The notes below the pieces were generated by a model. The model ran no database searches, was not told the origin of the DNA, and saw only the letters and a program-made list of their open reading frames with translations. A DNA stretch of 64,000 nt from Thecamonas trahens ATCC 50062. Lineage: Eukaryota; Protista; Apusomonadida. Of this stretch, positions 52,512-64,000 are shown piece by piece. The stretch lies in the NCBI RefSeq assembly GCF_000142905.1, contig NW_013657676.1, positions 186,001 through 250,000 on the forward strand, in the 5' to 3' direction. The position numbers were made by a program, and so were the translations under genes. Numbering within the stretch: position 1 is the stretch's first letter; every line of letters begins with the position of its first letter.

Positions 52512-53601
52512 TCATTCGGCGCTGGTCTGCGGCACCCGCGCGAGGATCCACTCCATGACGTTGGTGGCGACCTGCTCACCGATACCATCGGGCTCGACAA
52601 TGAGGCAATGGTACGCGCCCGGGTAGGTAAGGATGGTCTTGTCGGTGGAGCTTGCACGCTCGTGGAGCAAGCGCGAATACTCGATGTCGGTCATGGCGTC
52701 GGCTTCGCCGTGCAGGACGAGAAAAGGGGTGGTGATCTCCTCGAGGTGGGCCACGAGGTCCTCAGAAGCGGTCAGCATCTCGTACGCGGTCTTGAGCCGT
52801 GGCTTACCGTTGTAGTGCAGCGGGTCGTTGCGGACAAGCTCGCACACCTCGGGGTCGCGGAAGCAATCGGCGATGGGGTCGTCAGGCTGCGGGAGGACGG
52901 CCCACTTGGGCGCAATGAACGAGAGACCCTTGAAGAGCGGGACCTGCCACGCCGGCGGCCGCTGCTTGTCCGCGATGCGGACCATGGGCGCAAAGAGGAT
53001 AGCGCCGTTGAACAGGTCCGGCACCTGCCGGACTAGCCGCAGCACCACGCATCCGCCCATCGACTCGCCGGCGAGGAACATGGCGTGGGACTCTGCCGGG
53101 AACCGCTCGCGGACGTGGTGGGCGAGGCAGAGGACGTCGTCGATCAGGTGCTGGAAGGAGGAGACCAGGCCAAGGACGCCCGAAGAGCGGCCAAAGCCGG
53201 TGAGGTCCAGCGCAAAGGTGCGGACCCCGTACTTGCCGCACGCCGCCTTGGCCATGGCCGCCATCGAGGGGCCGTTGAAGTGGTCACCTGCGTGCGCGCG
53301 CGCGGGAGACGTGCTGTGCGTGAGTGGAGAGGGTGGGGAAAGAGGGGGGGGGGGGAGAGGGGGAGGCGACGCACATACAGTATCCGTGGCAAAGAATGAG
53401 GACAACGCCCTCGCGCGGACTCGCCTCGTTGTTGTACTCGACGCATTGCAGGGTGTAGCCGTCGGTGTGTGTCGCCGGTAGGGTGAAGAACGAGGCCGTG
53501 ACCGGTGCGGCGTCGTCCACTTTGGGGTTCCCAGCCTCCACATCCACGCCCGGAGTCGTGGCCTCAGCCGCCGTGTCCATGCTCGCGGTTGTTGCGGCCA
53601 T
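52512..53601 (-). CDS. monoacylglycerol lipase/lysophospholipase-like alpha/beta hydrolase; exons 53601-53379 and 53287-52512
   Basis: LCHGY|CDH across a 91-nt GTATGT..CAG intron; DLTGFGRSSG; GESMGG; LHGEAD; YPGAYHCL. Start could be 53601 or 53580. Confidence 0.9.
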
Positions 53602-53712
53602 TGCAGCTGTTGCAGACAAGTGTAGCGACGGTGACAAGCCAGGGTTGCGGCTGAAGCCGTAGTTGTCGGGTCCAATCCCGCCGCACGTGCGGTCAGGCCA
53701 GGTGTTCTCGGC

Positions 53713-53776
53713 CGGTGGGCGGTGGGCGGTGGGCGGTGGGCGACGGGCGGTGGGCGGTGGGCGACGGGCGGTGGGC
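53713..53776. repeat. (GGTGGGC/GACGGGC)n heptamer array
   Basis: ~9 tandem units in the divergent intergenic region. Confidence 0.85.
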
Positions 53777-53838
53777 CAACGGCGGGGGGGTTCGGGGGGC
53801 CACGGGTTCGGGGGGCCCCCGCTTTTTTTTTTTTTTGG

Positions 53839-53938
53839 NNNNNNNNNNNNNNNNNNNNNNNNNNNNNNNNNNNNNNNNNNNNNNNNNNNNNNNNNNNNNN
53901 NNNNNNNNNNNNNNNNNNNNNNNNNNNNNNNNNNNNNN
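53839..53938. other. assembly gap (100 N)
   Basis: N run. Confidence 1.
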
Positions 53939-54126
53939 CCCCCCCCCCCCACGCCCTGATCGTGGGATCCACTGTGGTCATCCCCATCACCACCTCCACC
54001 TCGGCCCAATACACCCGCCCCGTCCGACACCAAACCCGCAGTGGCAAAGCAGGCAACTGCCACCCCCTCCCCCTCCTCCCCACCCCCCACCCCACCCCAC
54101 CCCACCCCGCCCCACCCCCACCCCCC

Positions 54127-55572
54127 ATGGCACGCATCGTCCCTTGGCGCATTGCCCCGCCTCCCCTCGTGGCGCAGCGCCTTGCCGCCGTGGCCTCGGC
54201 ACCGCTGGAGGTGGTCGACGAGCCCGGGCCGACCTCGTTTGTGGTGGCCGACACCTCGGCCGGCCGTCCCGCCCGCCCGCCCAGCCACCTCAAGGGCGTC
54301 CTTGCTGCGCTGGGCGCTCCGCTCGCCCACACTGTCGGCCGCCGTAGCGGCAAATCCCGCTCCGGCCGTAGAGGCACGCTCTTCCATGTCTTCCTCGGCG
54401 ACAAGCACGGGTGCTCATGCGGCGAATCCGACGCCTGCCTGCACATCCTCTTTGTCCTCACTGCCGTCCTCGGCGTCTCGCCCTCGGATCCGATGGTCTG
54501 GCAGCTCTCGCTCAAAGAGCACGAGCTCGACGCCATCCTCCGCGCCCGCCCCACCAAGCGGGTCCAGGCCAAGTCGCGCCGCCCGTACGTCCCGCCGCCG
54601 TCGCGGAGGTCACGCCGCGCGCTCCGCGCCTCGTACGCACCCACAGCCTCGCGCTCCTCGCTCCTCGACTCGACCGACGCCTCGGGACCACATCCCACCC
54701 GCGCCGCGCTGGTTGCAGACTCGGCGCCCGGCACAGACTACGCCATCGCTTCCGCAAAGTATCCGCTCTCTACCGCCGCCCGCACCCGCCGCGGGCCGCC
54801 CACGCGCCACTCGGTCTCCATCATGGCTGAGCGCGTCAAGCCGCCGGACATCTCCTCTATCATCCACCATCGCAAGCAAGCGTTCAACCAGCTCCGCGAC
54901 CTCATTGACTACGAGGCCCATCAGGCAGACCTCCTCCACTCGGAGCAGACCGCCACAGAGCGCGCACTCTCCAAGCGTGAGCAGCTCCTCGCCGCCCGCC
55001 GCGCAGCCCTTGCCGAGCAGTCAGACATCCGCACCGCACACCACAACATGGTCCTCGACCGCGTCTTTGAGCTCGAGGCCGAGCGCAAGGCTCGCATCCT
55101 CGCCGAAGCAACCTCCAAGCAACAGCGCTTTGCCGAGGCTCGTGCAGACGTCCTCGCCCGCCGCTCACGCCGCCTCGCAGCCCGTCGCGAGCAGGAGGAA
55201 ATTCGCCTCGCAGAGGCCCGCCACTATCTCCGCGAGGAGCAGGATGCCCGCGCCGCAGACGCCCAGCGTATGCTCGCCGCCTACGACAAGCGCGTCGCCG
55301 CCATCCGCAACCTCCGCTCCGAGCGCGACCGCATGTACTCTTCTGTCCGCGACGAAGAGGCCCGCTTTGCAGAGGCAAAGGAGGAGCTCATGTCGCTCAT
55401 CCTCTCATCTCGCGGCAAGGACTTTGACCCCTCGCGCTTTGCCGCCCTCGTCGACCAGCTCGAGGCCGAGTCCAACCAGCGCCTCAAGAAGACCTCCGCT
55501 CGGGTCTCCACACGCCTTGGCACCGCCCCAGACTCGACACGGCGCTCTCGCCGTCCCGCAGACGCAAACTGA
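54127..55572 (+). CDS. SWIM zinc-finger (ZSWIM2/MAP3K1-type) + coiled-coil protein
   Basis: GPTSFVV..FHVFLGDKHGCSC..CLHILFVL..WQLSLKEHELDAILR; C-terminal half is an E/R/A-rich coiled coil. Confidence 0.75.
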   Translation: MARIVPWRIAPPPLVAQRLAAVASAPLEVVDEPGPTSFVVADTSAGRPARPPSHLKGVLAALGAPLAHTVGRRSGKSRSGRRGTLFHVFLGDKHGCSCGESDACLHILFVLTAVLGVSPSDPMVWQLSLKEHELDAILRARPTKRVQAKSRRPYVPPPSRRSRRALRASYAPTASRSSLLDSTDASGPHPTRAALVADSAPGTDYAIASAKYPLSTAARTRRGPPTRHSVSIMAERVKPPDISSIIHHRKQAFNQLRDLIDYEAHQADLLHSEQTATERALSKREQLLAARRAALAEQSDIRTAHHNMVLDRVFELEAERKARILAEATSKQQRFAEARADVLARRSRRLAARREQEEIRLAEARHYLREEQDARAADAQRMLAAYDKRVAAIRNLRSERDRMYSSVRDEEARFAEAKEELMSLILSSRGKDFDPSRFAALVDQLEAESNQRLKKTSARVSTRLGTAPDSTRRSRRPADAN

Positions 55573-55603
55573 GCCATCAGCGTTTGCCTTTTACTGTCGG
55601 CTC

Positions 55604-58600
55604 TCACTCGAGCCAGATGCGCACAACGCCGTCAAACCCGGCCCGGCACATCGGGCAGTTGGCGGTTCCGCGGCCCACAAGCTGTGCCACGCATCCGTCG
55701 CACACGCGATGTCCGCACGGCGTCAGCACTCGGTCTGCAACCTCGCACATGCAGATCGGGCACTGCAACCCGCTCTCCAGCGACTCCACTTGCGCTTCCG
55801 CCGCCGCCGCCACCGCCGCCGCCTCCGCCGCCTCAGCCTCCAGCCGCGCCACCTCTGCGCCGAGCGCCACGCGTTCCTCGAGCATCTTCTGCACCGAGCG
55901 CGAGTCGATCTCCTCTGGAAGCCCCAGCGCCGCAGCCATGTACGCCACAACCGCCGCCACCTCGCCGCCGTCCGGCCTTGCGCTCGCGCCGGCCACATGC
56001 CCACCGCCTCCTCCTGCAACAGACTCCGCACCGCCTGCTGCGGACGCATCCTGCCCGCCGACCCCACTGCTCACGCCAAACACCCACACACTTGTGCATG
56101 CTAGCTCAGCCCTTCGCAGCTCGACATGCTCGGGCCACGCCTCGAGCGCGCCATCGGGCCAATTGCTAGCCGCTGCCTGCCAGCCCCCTACGTCGACCAC
56201 AACAGCACGGAGGACAGAACTGACCGATGACGCCAGCTCTTGAACAACCACCCCGTGCACAAAGAACTCGGCCCCGGGCCGAGTCCCACGCCACGCATCA
56301 ACAGCCACAACCTCGCCGCGCCCAAATCGTTTCAGCGGCTTGATCGCTAGCTGTCTCACCTCGCAGTCTCCGACCGGACTACCGGGCACACCGCGCGACT
56401 CCAGCGACGGCCACATCGGTCGCTCCTGAACAGCCGCCGCACCCCAAACCTCGCGGAGTACCTCCATCGCGTCGCCGCCACAGGCATCCGCCACCGCTTC
56501 GGCCACCGCTATCGCCATACTGGCCTCGTCACCGGCACGGATCCACACCTGCCCATCGGCCGCCGCCCACTCGACAGTAGCAACCTGCACCGCGCCGTCC
56601 CCGCTCGCTCGCACCTCGACCTGCACTCCGACATCTGCAGCCGGCGTCGTCATCACTTTCCATCCCGCCAGCTTGCCTTGCCATCGCGGCCAGACCTGCC
56701 ACTCCCCGACCACCCGCCAGCTCGGCTCAGCCGCCACTCCCACCGCAAGCCGCGCATCCAGGCTCGGATGAACCACCGCACTTGGCGCGATGGCCACCAA
56801 CTGCTCACGCACGCTTGCTGGCAGCAGCTGGCAGAGCATTAGACGCGCGCCAATGCGCAGCACCGCATCACCGTCGGGCAGCAGCCGTGGCGCCACACTA
56901 GAGCTCCGCACAAGCGCGGTGTACCCGGCCATGTGATACGGCGAGAGCCACATGCCAGCGTGCACCACAGACGCCGCCTCGACCTCTGCAAGCATCTCGC
57001 GGCTCTGCGCCTCACTCACACGCGGCCGCACCCCAGAACCCGAAGCAACCGGAGGTACGGGTGGAATGCGCTCGGCACCTCGGCGACAAACGGCTCCCAC
57101 TCTCCGCTACACGCCTCAAACACCATCCGCGGCGGCAGCAACCGCGAACCCGAGACAGGCACCACCGCCGCACGTTCCAGAACACGCACCGCCTCGCGGC
57201 CATCCTCCAGCCCGCTCTGCACCAGCTCGTACATCGCGCAAAAGGCAGCATCCACCCCGCATCCGACCAGATCCAGCGGCCACAGCTCGAGGTCGTCCTC
57301 GCTGATGGCAAGCAAGTTGGCCACCACCGTCTCCAGCCCAAGCGGCTGCACCACGCCCAGCAGCATCGCCACATCGCGCCGCGGCTCTGCACATGCCTCC
57401 ATCACAGGCTTGACCTTGAAGCACAGCGCTGCGTCGCCCGGCAGACACGCATCCGCGTACCGCACCAGCTCGCTACGTCGCGCACCTGCCACCGTCGCAG
57501 GCACAATCCGGAGCATACCCAGAGCACTCGCCACCTGCCGGTTGCCGGCGAGCACCCGCGTGCTCAACTCGCCGGCCAGTGCACTCGCCAGAGCTCGCCC
57601 GCCCGCCACGTTACCCGGATCGCGGTCTACGAGCTCGGCCAACGCTACCACAGACTCGCAATCCACGCTGCAACGCATGCCAAGCGCGGACAGAATGCGT
57701 TGCCAGTGCGCGTCACCCCGGAGCTCTTGCGGCGGTAGATGTGCCGCTCCGCGTGGCCCACTTCGGGCGACATGAGCACGGCGGCAAAGAGCGGGACACG
57801 CTCGTCAAACAGCTCGCACGCCCGCAGGCAAGCTTCACCAAACACCCGCGCCTCCCGCAGCACGCTCATTGCACCCGCGTCGCCGCATAACTCGTCCCAG
57901 TGCTCGCCAATCCAGTCCACAAACCGAGCCTGCATTACAGGACTTAGCATCGCATACCCACCGTCGACACCAACAAGCTGCAGCGCAGCGCCCACATCGA
58001 CTTCCACCACACCTGCAGCCGCGTACACATCAGCGTACCGAGCGTCAGCGCCAACGAACATAGCCCGTAGCTCATTGCTCGTCTCTGCCGACTCTAGTGC
58101 ACCCGCAAGAAGACCGTCAAGCACGCTTGCATCGTTGAGCACATACCGCGTCGCTTCGTCGCTGCGCGGAAGCGCCACGTAGGCGCCATCGAGGTCCGGA
58201 AAGATCGGCAGCTGCCGCGTAAGCTCGACATCAAGAGCCTCGCCGTCGCGCACAAGCGCAATAATCGTTTGCGCCAGCTCACGCCGATGCCGGCGTCCGA
58301 GCTCCGCCAGCTGGGACCGGCCGACTCTGCTCTCGCCTAGCCACCGCATCAACGCCCGTCCAGCCTCCTCGTCACTCGATGCTGTCACGCCCGCAAGACT
58401 CACCGAGCCACATGCCTCACCCAGCTCCCGAGCCGCAAGCAGCCGCATGCCTAGCTCCGCCATCATCTCCAGTGTGCCCCCTGTCGCGCAAGGTTGCCTG
58501 TCGGCAGCACGCACTGAGGCAGCAGCGAGCCGGAAACGTACACCACTTGCTCGCCACGGAGCGGAAGGAGCGGCAGCGCTTCCAGATCGCCCATCACATC

Positions 58601-61600
58601 GGCGGCCTGCTCTCCGCGACTCTCAGCCTCAGCCACCAAATAAGCCCACACCAACTGCACCCACTCGGCAGCCGCCGGCGTTGCGGCTTCGCCCTCGACC
58701 GGTACCTCTGCCATCGACGGTGCCAGCCGCGCGAGCACGTCCGGGCTAAAAAACGTGACCCCGAGACCGTGCTCCAGCGCGACGCCCTCAGTCTCACAAG
58801 GATCAAGGCCGTCCAGCACAGCGTTGAACACCCGTGCTACGCTCATGTTCACCCACGAGCCGAGCACTGGGAGCAATCGGTAGTGGTCGTCGTCGGCCGT
58901 CCGAGACAGCAGCAGCGGCGCTCGTCGGCGCTGCGCACGCACAGCCTCCAGCGCCGCCACTCGCTCCTGCGCCTTGGCACTCTCGCGCCGCCGGAACGCT
59001 GCCCCAATGCCCGAGAGCAACGAGCCGATCAGCGAGGCGTCGCTCGCATCGTCGCGAAGGTCTGCAAACGCCTCCAACGTCCCACCCATCGTCGCCAGAA
59101 CACGTACACCCTCCAGACTCGCCAGGGCGTCAGCGAGCGGGCCCTCGCGATCATTGCCGAGCACGTCGCTTACCACAAAGGCAAGCACCTCACCCACCTG
59201 GGCCATAGAATCAAAGTGCGCCATGCCAAGCCCGTCCGCGGTAAGCACCCGCCGCAGGGCCTGAGGCGTGAGAAACTGAACATCGCCTCCGCCGGTCTGC
59301 CGCAGCTGCCTCGCCACCTGCGAGCTGAGTCCCGGAGGCAAGTCATGGAGTGCAAAGAACTTGGCACCAAAGTCGACAACGCCAGCAGACGCCCCATCTT
59401 CAACCAGCATGCCTTGATCCGCCGTTACCCAGCTCGCCGAGCTCGACGCCAGCTTCCACACCGGCCGCGCCACCATCGCGGTGTACAGCGGACCACGTAG
59501 CTGGCGCTCCAGCCGCGGATCGCGGAGATCACTCGGCCAAGTTCCGTAGTACGTCTCCGGCTGAGCCAGCGCCGCTTGGCTCGCAAGCGACTCGAGAAGC
59601 ATCGCGTATGCGCCCACCACATTTTGCGTGAGGAGCTCTGCGTTGAACTCGGCAATCCGGACCAGCTCCGCCACATCCAGGCTGCTCGGCGCGCCGATTC
59701 GCACTCGGTCGGTCCACACCACGTCCGAGCCGAGCGGATCAACCACAAATCCACCGCTCACCAGCACCGGGAGCCCAGCCTCCTGCCGGCCAGCCCCCAA
59801 CGCCAACGGCGCCACCATCTCGCCGGCGCACGGCCCAGGACTCACCCGCGCCGCCACCGCACCCATCGGATACAGCCCAAGGCTTGCGTTAGCTTTGTCG
59901 CGCGCCATTGCACGCGTTCCACCGGCACCCACCAATGCCACCACCCGCCACTGCACCATCTCCGGCTCGCCCGCCTCGGGTCGCACCACTCGTATGCCTA
60001 GCGAGACATCAAGCCGTGTCGGCTGAAACGCAAGCATCCGCCACCCGACCCACTGCGTCGAGGTGAACAGAGCGTTGCGGCGTGCAAGCTGCTCCTCGCC
60101 ACCCGCGAGACTCACTCGGAAGACCTGGCTCGTCTCGCCGTCTTCATCAACGGCCACAGTGCGCACATCCGCAACGCTCCGCAGAAACACAAGCATCGAG
60201 TCGGCACGCGCTGCAAGACTTTCCGCAAGCACCGCCAGCGCCGCGCTGTTGGCCACGCCGCCCGCAAGCGGGACTCGGATTACCGTCCCGCCCACCCGCC
60301 GACTGGGGGCAAGTCCCAAGACACCGAACGGCGCAAACTGGTCCGGGAACCGAGTCACCACCTTGGAGTTGTGAATCTCGTACGCCGTCGCTTGTCCGCG
60401 CGACGAGCCCGAGCTCCCCGCATTGTCGTTCGGACCAAGCTCAGCCGTGAGACACTCGCCACTCGGGTCAAACAGCGCAAGTGTCGAGCCAAACAGGACT
60501 TGGACGAGCGGCCCGACCACAAACGCTCGGCGGAGCAGACCTCGCTGCACCGTGCCGACCCGTGGATCGGCCATAAACTCGCCCAGCAGCGAGAGATCGA
60601 GCTCCACCCCAGGCACAAGAAGAACAAGCGCTGGGCCCTGCCCAGCCGCAAGGCCCGGTTGGAGCAGCGAGACGCTAGCATGGTGCCGCGCATCAAGCAC
60701 CAACCGCGCCTTGCGTGCACCCATGGCATCAGCCACCAGCATCAGATCCGTTGCCACGCGGAACAAGCCGTCCGCGGTCGATGCGCCCCACAGCGCCGCA
60801 AGCGGCGCCAGCTCCGCCGACCCAGGACACCGCAGCTGGGTCGTCGCCTCGTCGTGCGCAGTGAGCAGATTGCGCAGCGAGAGGCTCACACTGGCTGCCA
60901 CCACACTCGCCGGCACCTTTGCATGCACCACATAGAACGCGCCCTCAGCCTCCTTGGCCGCAAGCGCACTCGGATCCAACCACTGCGCATCGTTGACGTA
61001 TGCCCGACTCGCTGCCACCACCCGGTGCGAGACTGTCGGCACAAACACCTCATCCAGCTCAAGGCCTTCGTCTATCGCTCCGCCCAGAGCCCGCAGCACA
61101 CCCAACATCAGATCTAGCTCGCGCTCAGCGAGTATGCCGCCGTCGCCCACAGAAGCGGCCACTGCATCAGTACACGCCACCAGCGCAGCAGGAGCGAAAT
61201 GCGCGGGAACGCCCAGCACTTGGTATGCAGCCACAAAAGACGTCGGAAGCGTCGTCGGCACTACCCACAGCCACGGCGCGAGATCGCCCACGCCCTCGGC
61301 CGCAAGCTCCTTGCCTGGCGAGAGTGCGCACCGAAGCGGCGGCACAAAGCCCCCGTCACCAAGCCACACCACCGGAAGCTTTGCCACAGACTCGGGTGCT
61401 GGCTGCGTTCGTGGCGGCAGATCCGCCAGCGCGTTGTAGACTTTGTCCAGCACATCCTCGATGCCGTCCCACTGTACACACTCTTCGGTTAGCATGCGTG
61501 CCATGCCCTGCAGCTGCAGCACTAGTGAGGCGCCAGTCGGCGGCGCGGACCATCCCAGCGCGTCGCAGAGCTTGGGTGCGCGACTCAACACATCCCCACC

Positions 61601-64000
61601 CAGGGAAGGGTGCGCCACAGCATGCGACCCAGACCAGAGTGCCCAGCTGTCGACGCCCGGCGGCTTGCATGCCGTCGGCGGCGCCCGGCCGCTGCTCCCC
61701 GCATCGCATCGCGGCAGGAACGGATGCGGCACATTGGGGTCGAGTGGGAGCCACGCAATGTCAAGCAATTCCAGGACCCGGCTTGGGCTGTTGCGGCTGC
61801 CGCTCCACTCGCCGCCATCATCGTCAGAGTCGGAGAACGAGTCGCTCAAGTCGGTTGAATCAGGCTCGGACTCACCCATCAGCACTGGCCACACCCGACC
61901 CAACCAGCCAAACAGTTCCACTGCCCGCTCAAGGCTTACCGCGTCCGGCTCGGCTGCCGCAAGCTGGCGCGCCGCAGTCATGGCCGCATCAACGTCGGCG
62001 GACGGTCGCAGGCCAAGGACCGCAAGCCCGGCAAGCACCTCGGGAGAGCTAAACTCAGGTCCAGGCACCTGACTCTTGGCGTCCAAAAACGGCGCAGCCA
62101 TCCTGGCATCAGGGTGGTACAGCTCGGCAGCAGTGACCAGCGTGCCACTCCGCGTCGCCACCAGCGGTGTTCTCCGCAGCTGCTCAACAAGAGGAGCCTC
62201 TTCCACCAGCGACGGCAGCCGTGCCAGAAGCACCCGCATTTGCTCCGAACGCACAAGCTCCGGAGCTAGGACCGATTGGCTGCTGCTCGCCAGCTGCGGG
62301 AGGAAGACTTCGCGATAGAACCGTGTCTCATTGAGGATGGTCACACCCAGCGCGCCGAGCGCGCCGCGCTCGGCCGCGCTCCGTGCCACCACAAAGACTC
62401 GCGGCCGCGACCCCGACGGTGTTGCCAAAGAGTCAGCGTTGAGCGAGCCAAGCAACGTGGCATCACATACCGAGGCAGGCGGGAGGACCGCATCGACACC
62501 GCACAGCGCCACCCGCTGCACAACTCCGTCAGCCCCGTAGATCGTCACCAGCGGCATCCGCGTGACAAGCGCCGAAAGCGCGGCGCTGCCAGCAAGTGTC
62601 TTGGCACCGACTGGTAACGCCAGCGCCGACAAAAGATACTCAGCTACCACCTCGAGTGCAGCCTCACGCTTAGGCGAGGCCTGCCAGTCGCTCTCGGCCC
62701 AGCCTGCAGTCACGGCATCAAGCGCTGTGGCAATCGACCCCAGCTCGCACGACGCCATGTGGCCCGACATCCATCCGTGGGCGGCAAGGAGGCCTGGCTC
62801 GGCAAACGTAAGCCCAAGCACACGCAGAGCGTCGCAAACATCTTCATCCATCCCTGAACCATCGCAGAGACCCGGTTGAGCCATGGCAACCAGCCGGAGC
62901 CCGTCGTGGGCAATGACCAGCGGAAGGTCAAAGAGCACGCTGCGCGAGGCAAATACCGCGTCTTCGACACCACACCACACCGCATCCACCCACGCGCGAG
63001 AGAGCCACGGCTCGCTTCCCAGCTGCGGGCAATCACCAGCAGTGTCTAGCCCACGGGCGAGCACATACCGCAGCTGCTCGGCATTCTCGGCCCAGACCAG
63101 GTTTGCAGCCTGCGGTTCAAGCGCCGCAAGCCAGGCCAGTACGTCGTGGAGTTGAGGCGGCACCACAGACGCATCGACCACGCCAATGCCCCCGGCCGCT
63201 GCCGCTCGCTCAATCGCGAGACGCAGACTCGGTACAGACACTGCCACCACCGTGGTAGGCGGCGGCGCAATCGTCTCCACCCGTCCATCAAGCAGTTGCA
63301 GCAGCGGAAGACCCATGAGCTCGGGCAGCGCGACAAGATCCAGCGGAATGAGATCCGACATCAAGTACCCCACCAACTCGTCGGTCTCGGACATCTCGCC
63401 AACAAGTGCGCCAGCGACGCGCTTGGAGCCGTGCTCGCGAAGCATGGCCCGAACCAGACCTGGCGAAAGCGCGTTGGCGGTCGGCCCCAGCGAGGCCAAG
63501 ACAGCAGACGGTATCGGTACAAGAGTGTAGCCGAGGCTGGCTACGACGCGGGCCACACGCGAGTTGGACACTGCCTCGAACGCTTCTGATTCGACAAGGA
63601 CAAACGACGGATGCAATATCGAACGATCGTCGCCGAAAAGTGGCAGCACCGGTAGCAAATCGACGTACATCGCGTCAATCATCGGTGCAAAGGCCTCGCT
63701 CGCCAGGTTCAGCCGGTGTGGCCAGCGGGCCACAATGTCGCCAGGCAGTGGATTGGGTCCCATGCTCAAGACCACCCCCACAAGCGCTAGTGAGGCGGTA
63801 AACGGAAGCAGCCCGCGGAGAAGAGCGGCGTTCCAGGCAGCGCGCTGGGCAGCTACACCTTGCTCGGTTTGGGATGCACTCCACAGCTCGCGTCGATTGG
63901 ACGAGACCTCAAACGATGCCGACATCCACAGCGGAAGACCCGAGTGGAGCGGGAGCGGAAGGCCTACAAAGACTCGCGAGCAAGCTTCGGTCACCTCGTT
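55604..64000 (-). CDS. SACS: sacsin-like protein with C-terminal C3HC4 RING (5'-partial; three -1 frameshifts at ~58479, ~57755 and ~57032)
   Basis: Sacsin-repeat motifs VFVGLPLP..SGLPLW..FEVSSNRR.LW..WNAAL; ELYHP; YVNDAQWL; ADAMGARK..LDARHH..SLLQPGLA..QGPAL; FDPSG; FPDQFAPF..GTVIRVPL. RING CPIC..PCGHRVCDGC..CPMC. Confidence 0.85.

Noticed and set aside
19178-56104. Long antisense or alternative-frame ORFs (e.g. 19178-20608, 25833-27455, 50906-52288, 54041-56104)
   Set aside because: Shadow ORFs expected from high GC3; low complexity and no recognisable motifs.
55604-64000. Calling the sacsin-like gene a pseudogene
   Set aside because: No nonsense mutations over more than 8 kb, and the shifts share the one-base-missing pattern seen in two other genes.

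Overview
GC-rich, gene-dense, intron-poor eukaryotic (protist) draft scaffold with five N-gaps. Gene content and style resemble an apusomonad such as Thecamonas, but this is inference only. About 24 protein-coding genes lie mostly in alternating head-to-head and tail-to-tail pairs: NADAR (partial), tandem-GRAM protein, VID27, a ~3,200-aa IP3R/RyR-type Ca2+ release channel, two multi-pass receptors that share a Cys-rich + TM core but carry different ectodomains (LamG; hemopexin-CUB-14xSushi-filamin), an ARMH2-like protein, MSH6, pallidin/BLOC1S6, Rap GTPase, an ankyrin protein with a C-terminal F-box-like motif, insulysin, SCAR/WAVE, a centrin-like protein, syntaxin-6, a myristoylated AGC kinase, a monoacylglycerol lipase-like hydrolase, a SWIM protein, a sacsin-like protein with a C-terminal RING, and several orphans. 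A complete hAT DNA transposon (14-bp TIRs, perfect 8-bp TSD, intact transposase) sits in the IDE/WAVE divergent promoter. Five single-base (-1) frameshifts at or near short homopolymers interrupt three large genes and are most likely assembly errors. No rRNA, tRNA or CRISPR arrays were recognised. All family assignments come from motifs recalled by eye; no database searches were run.
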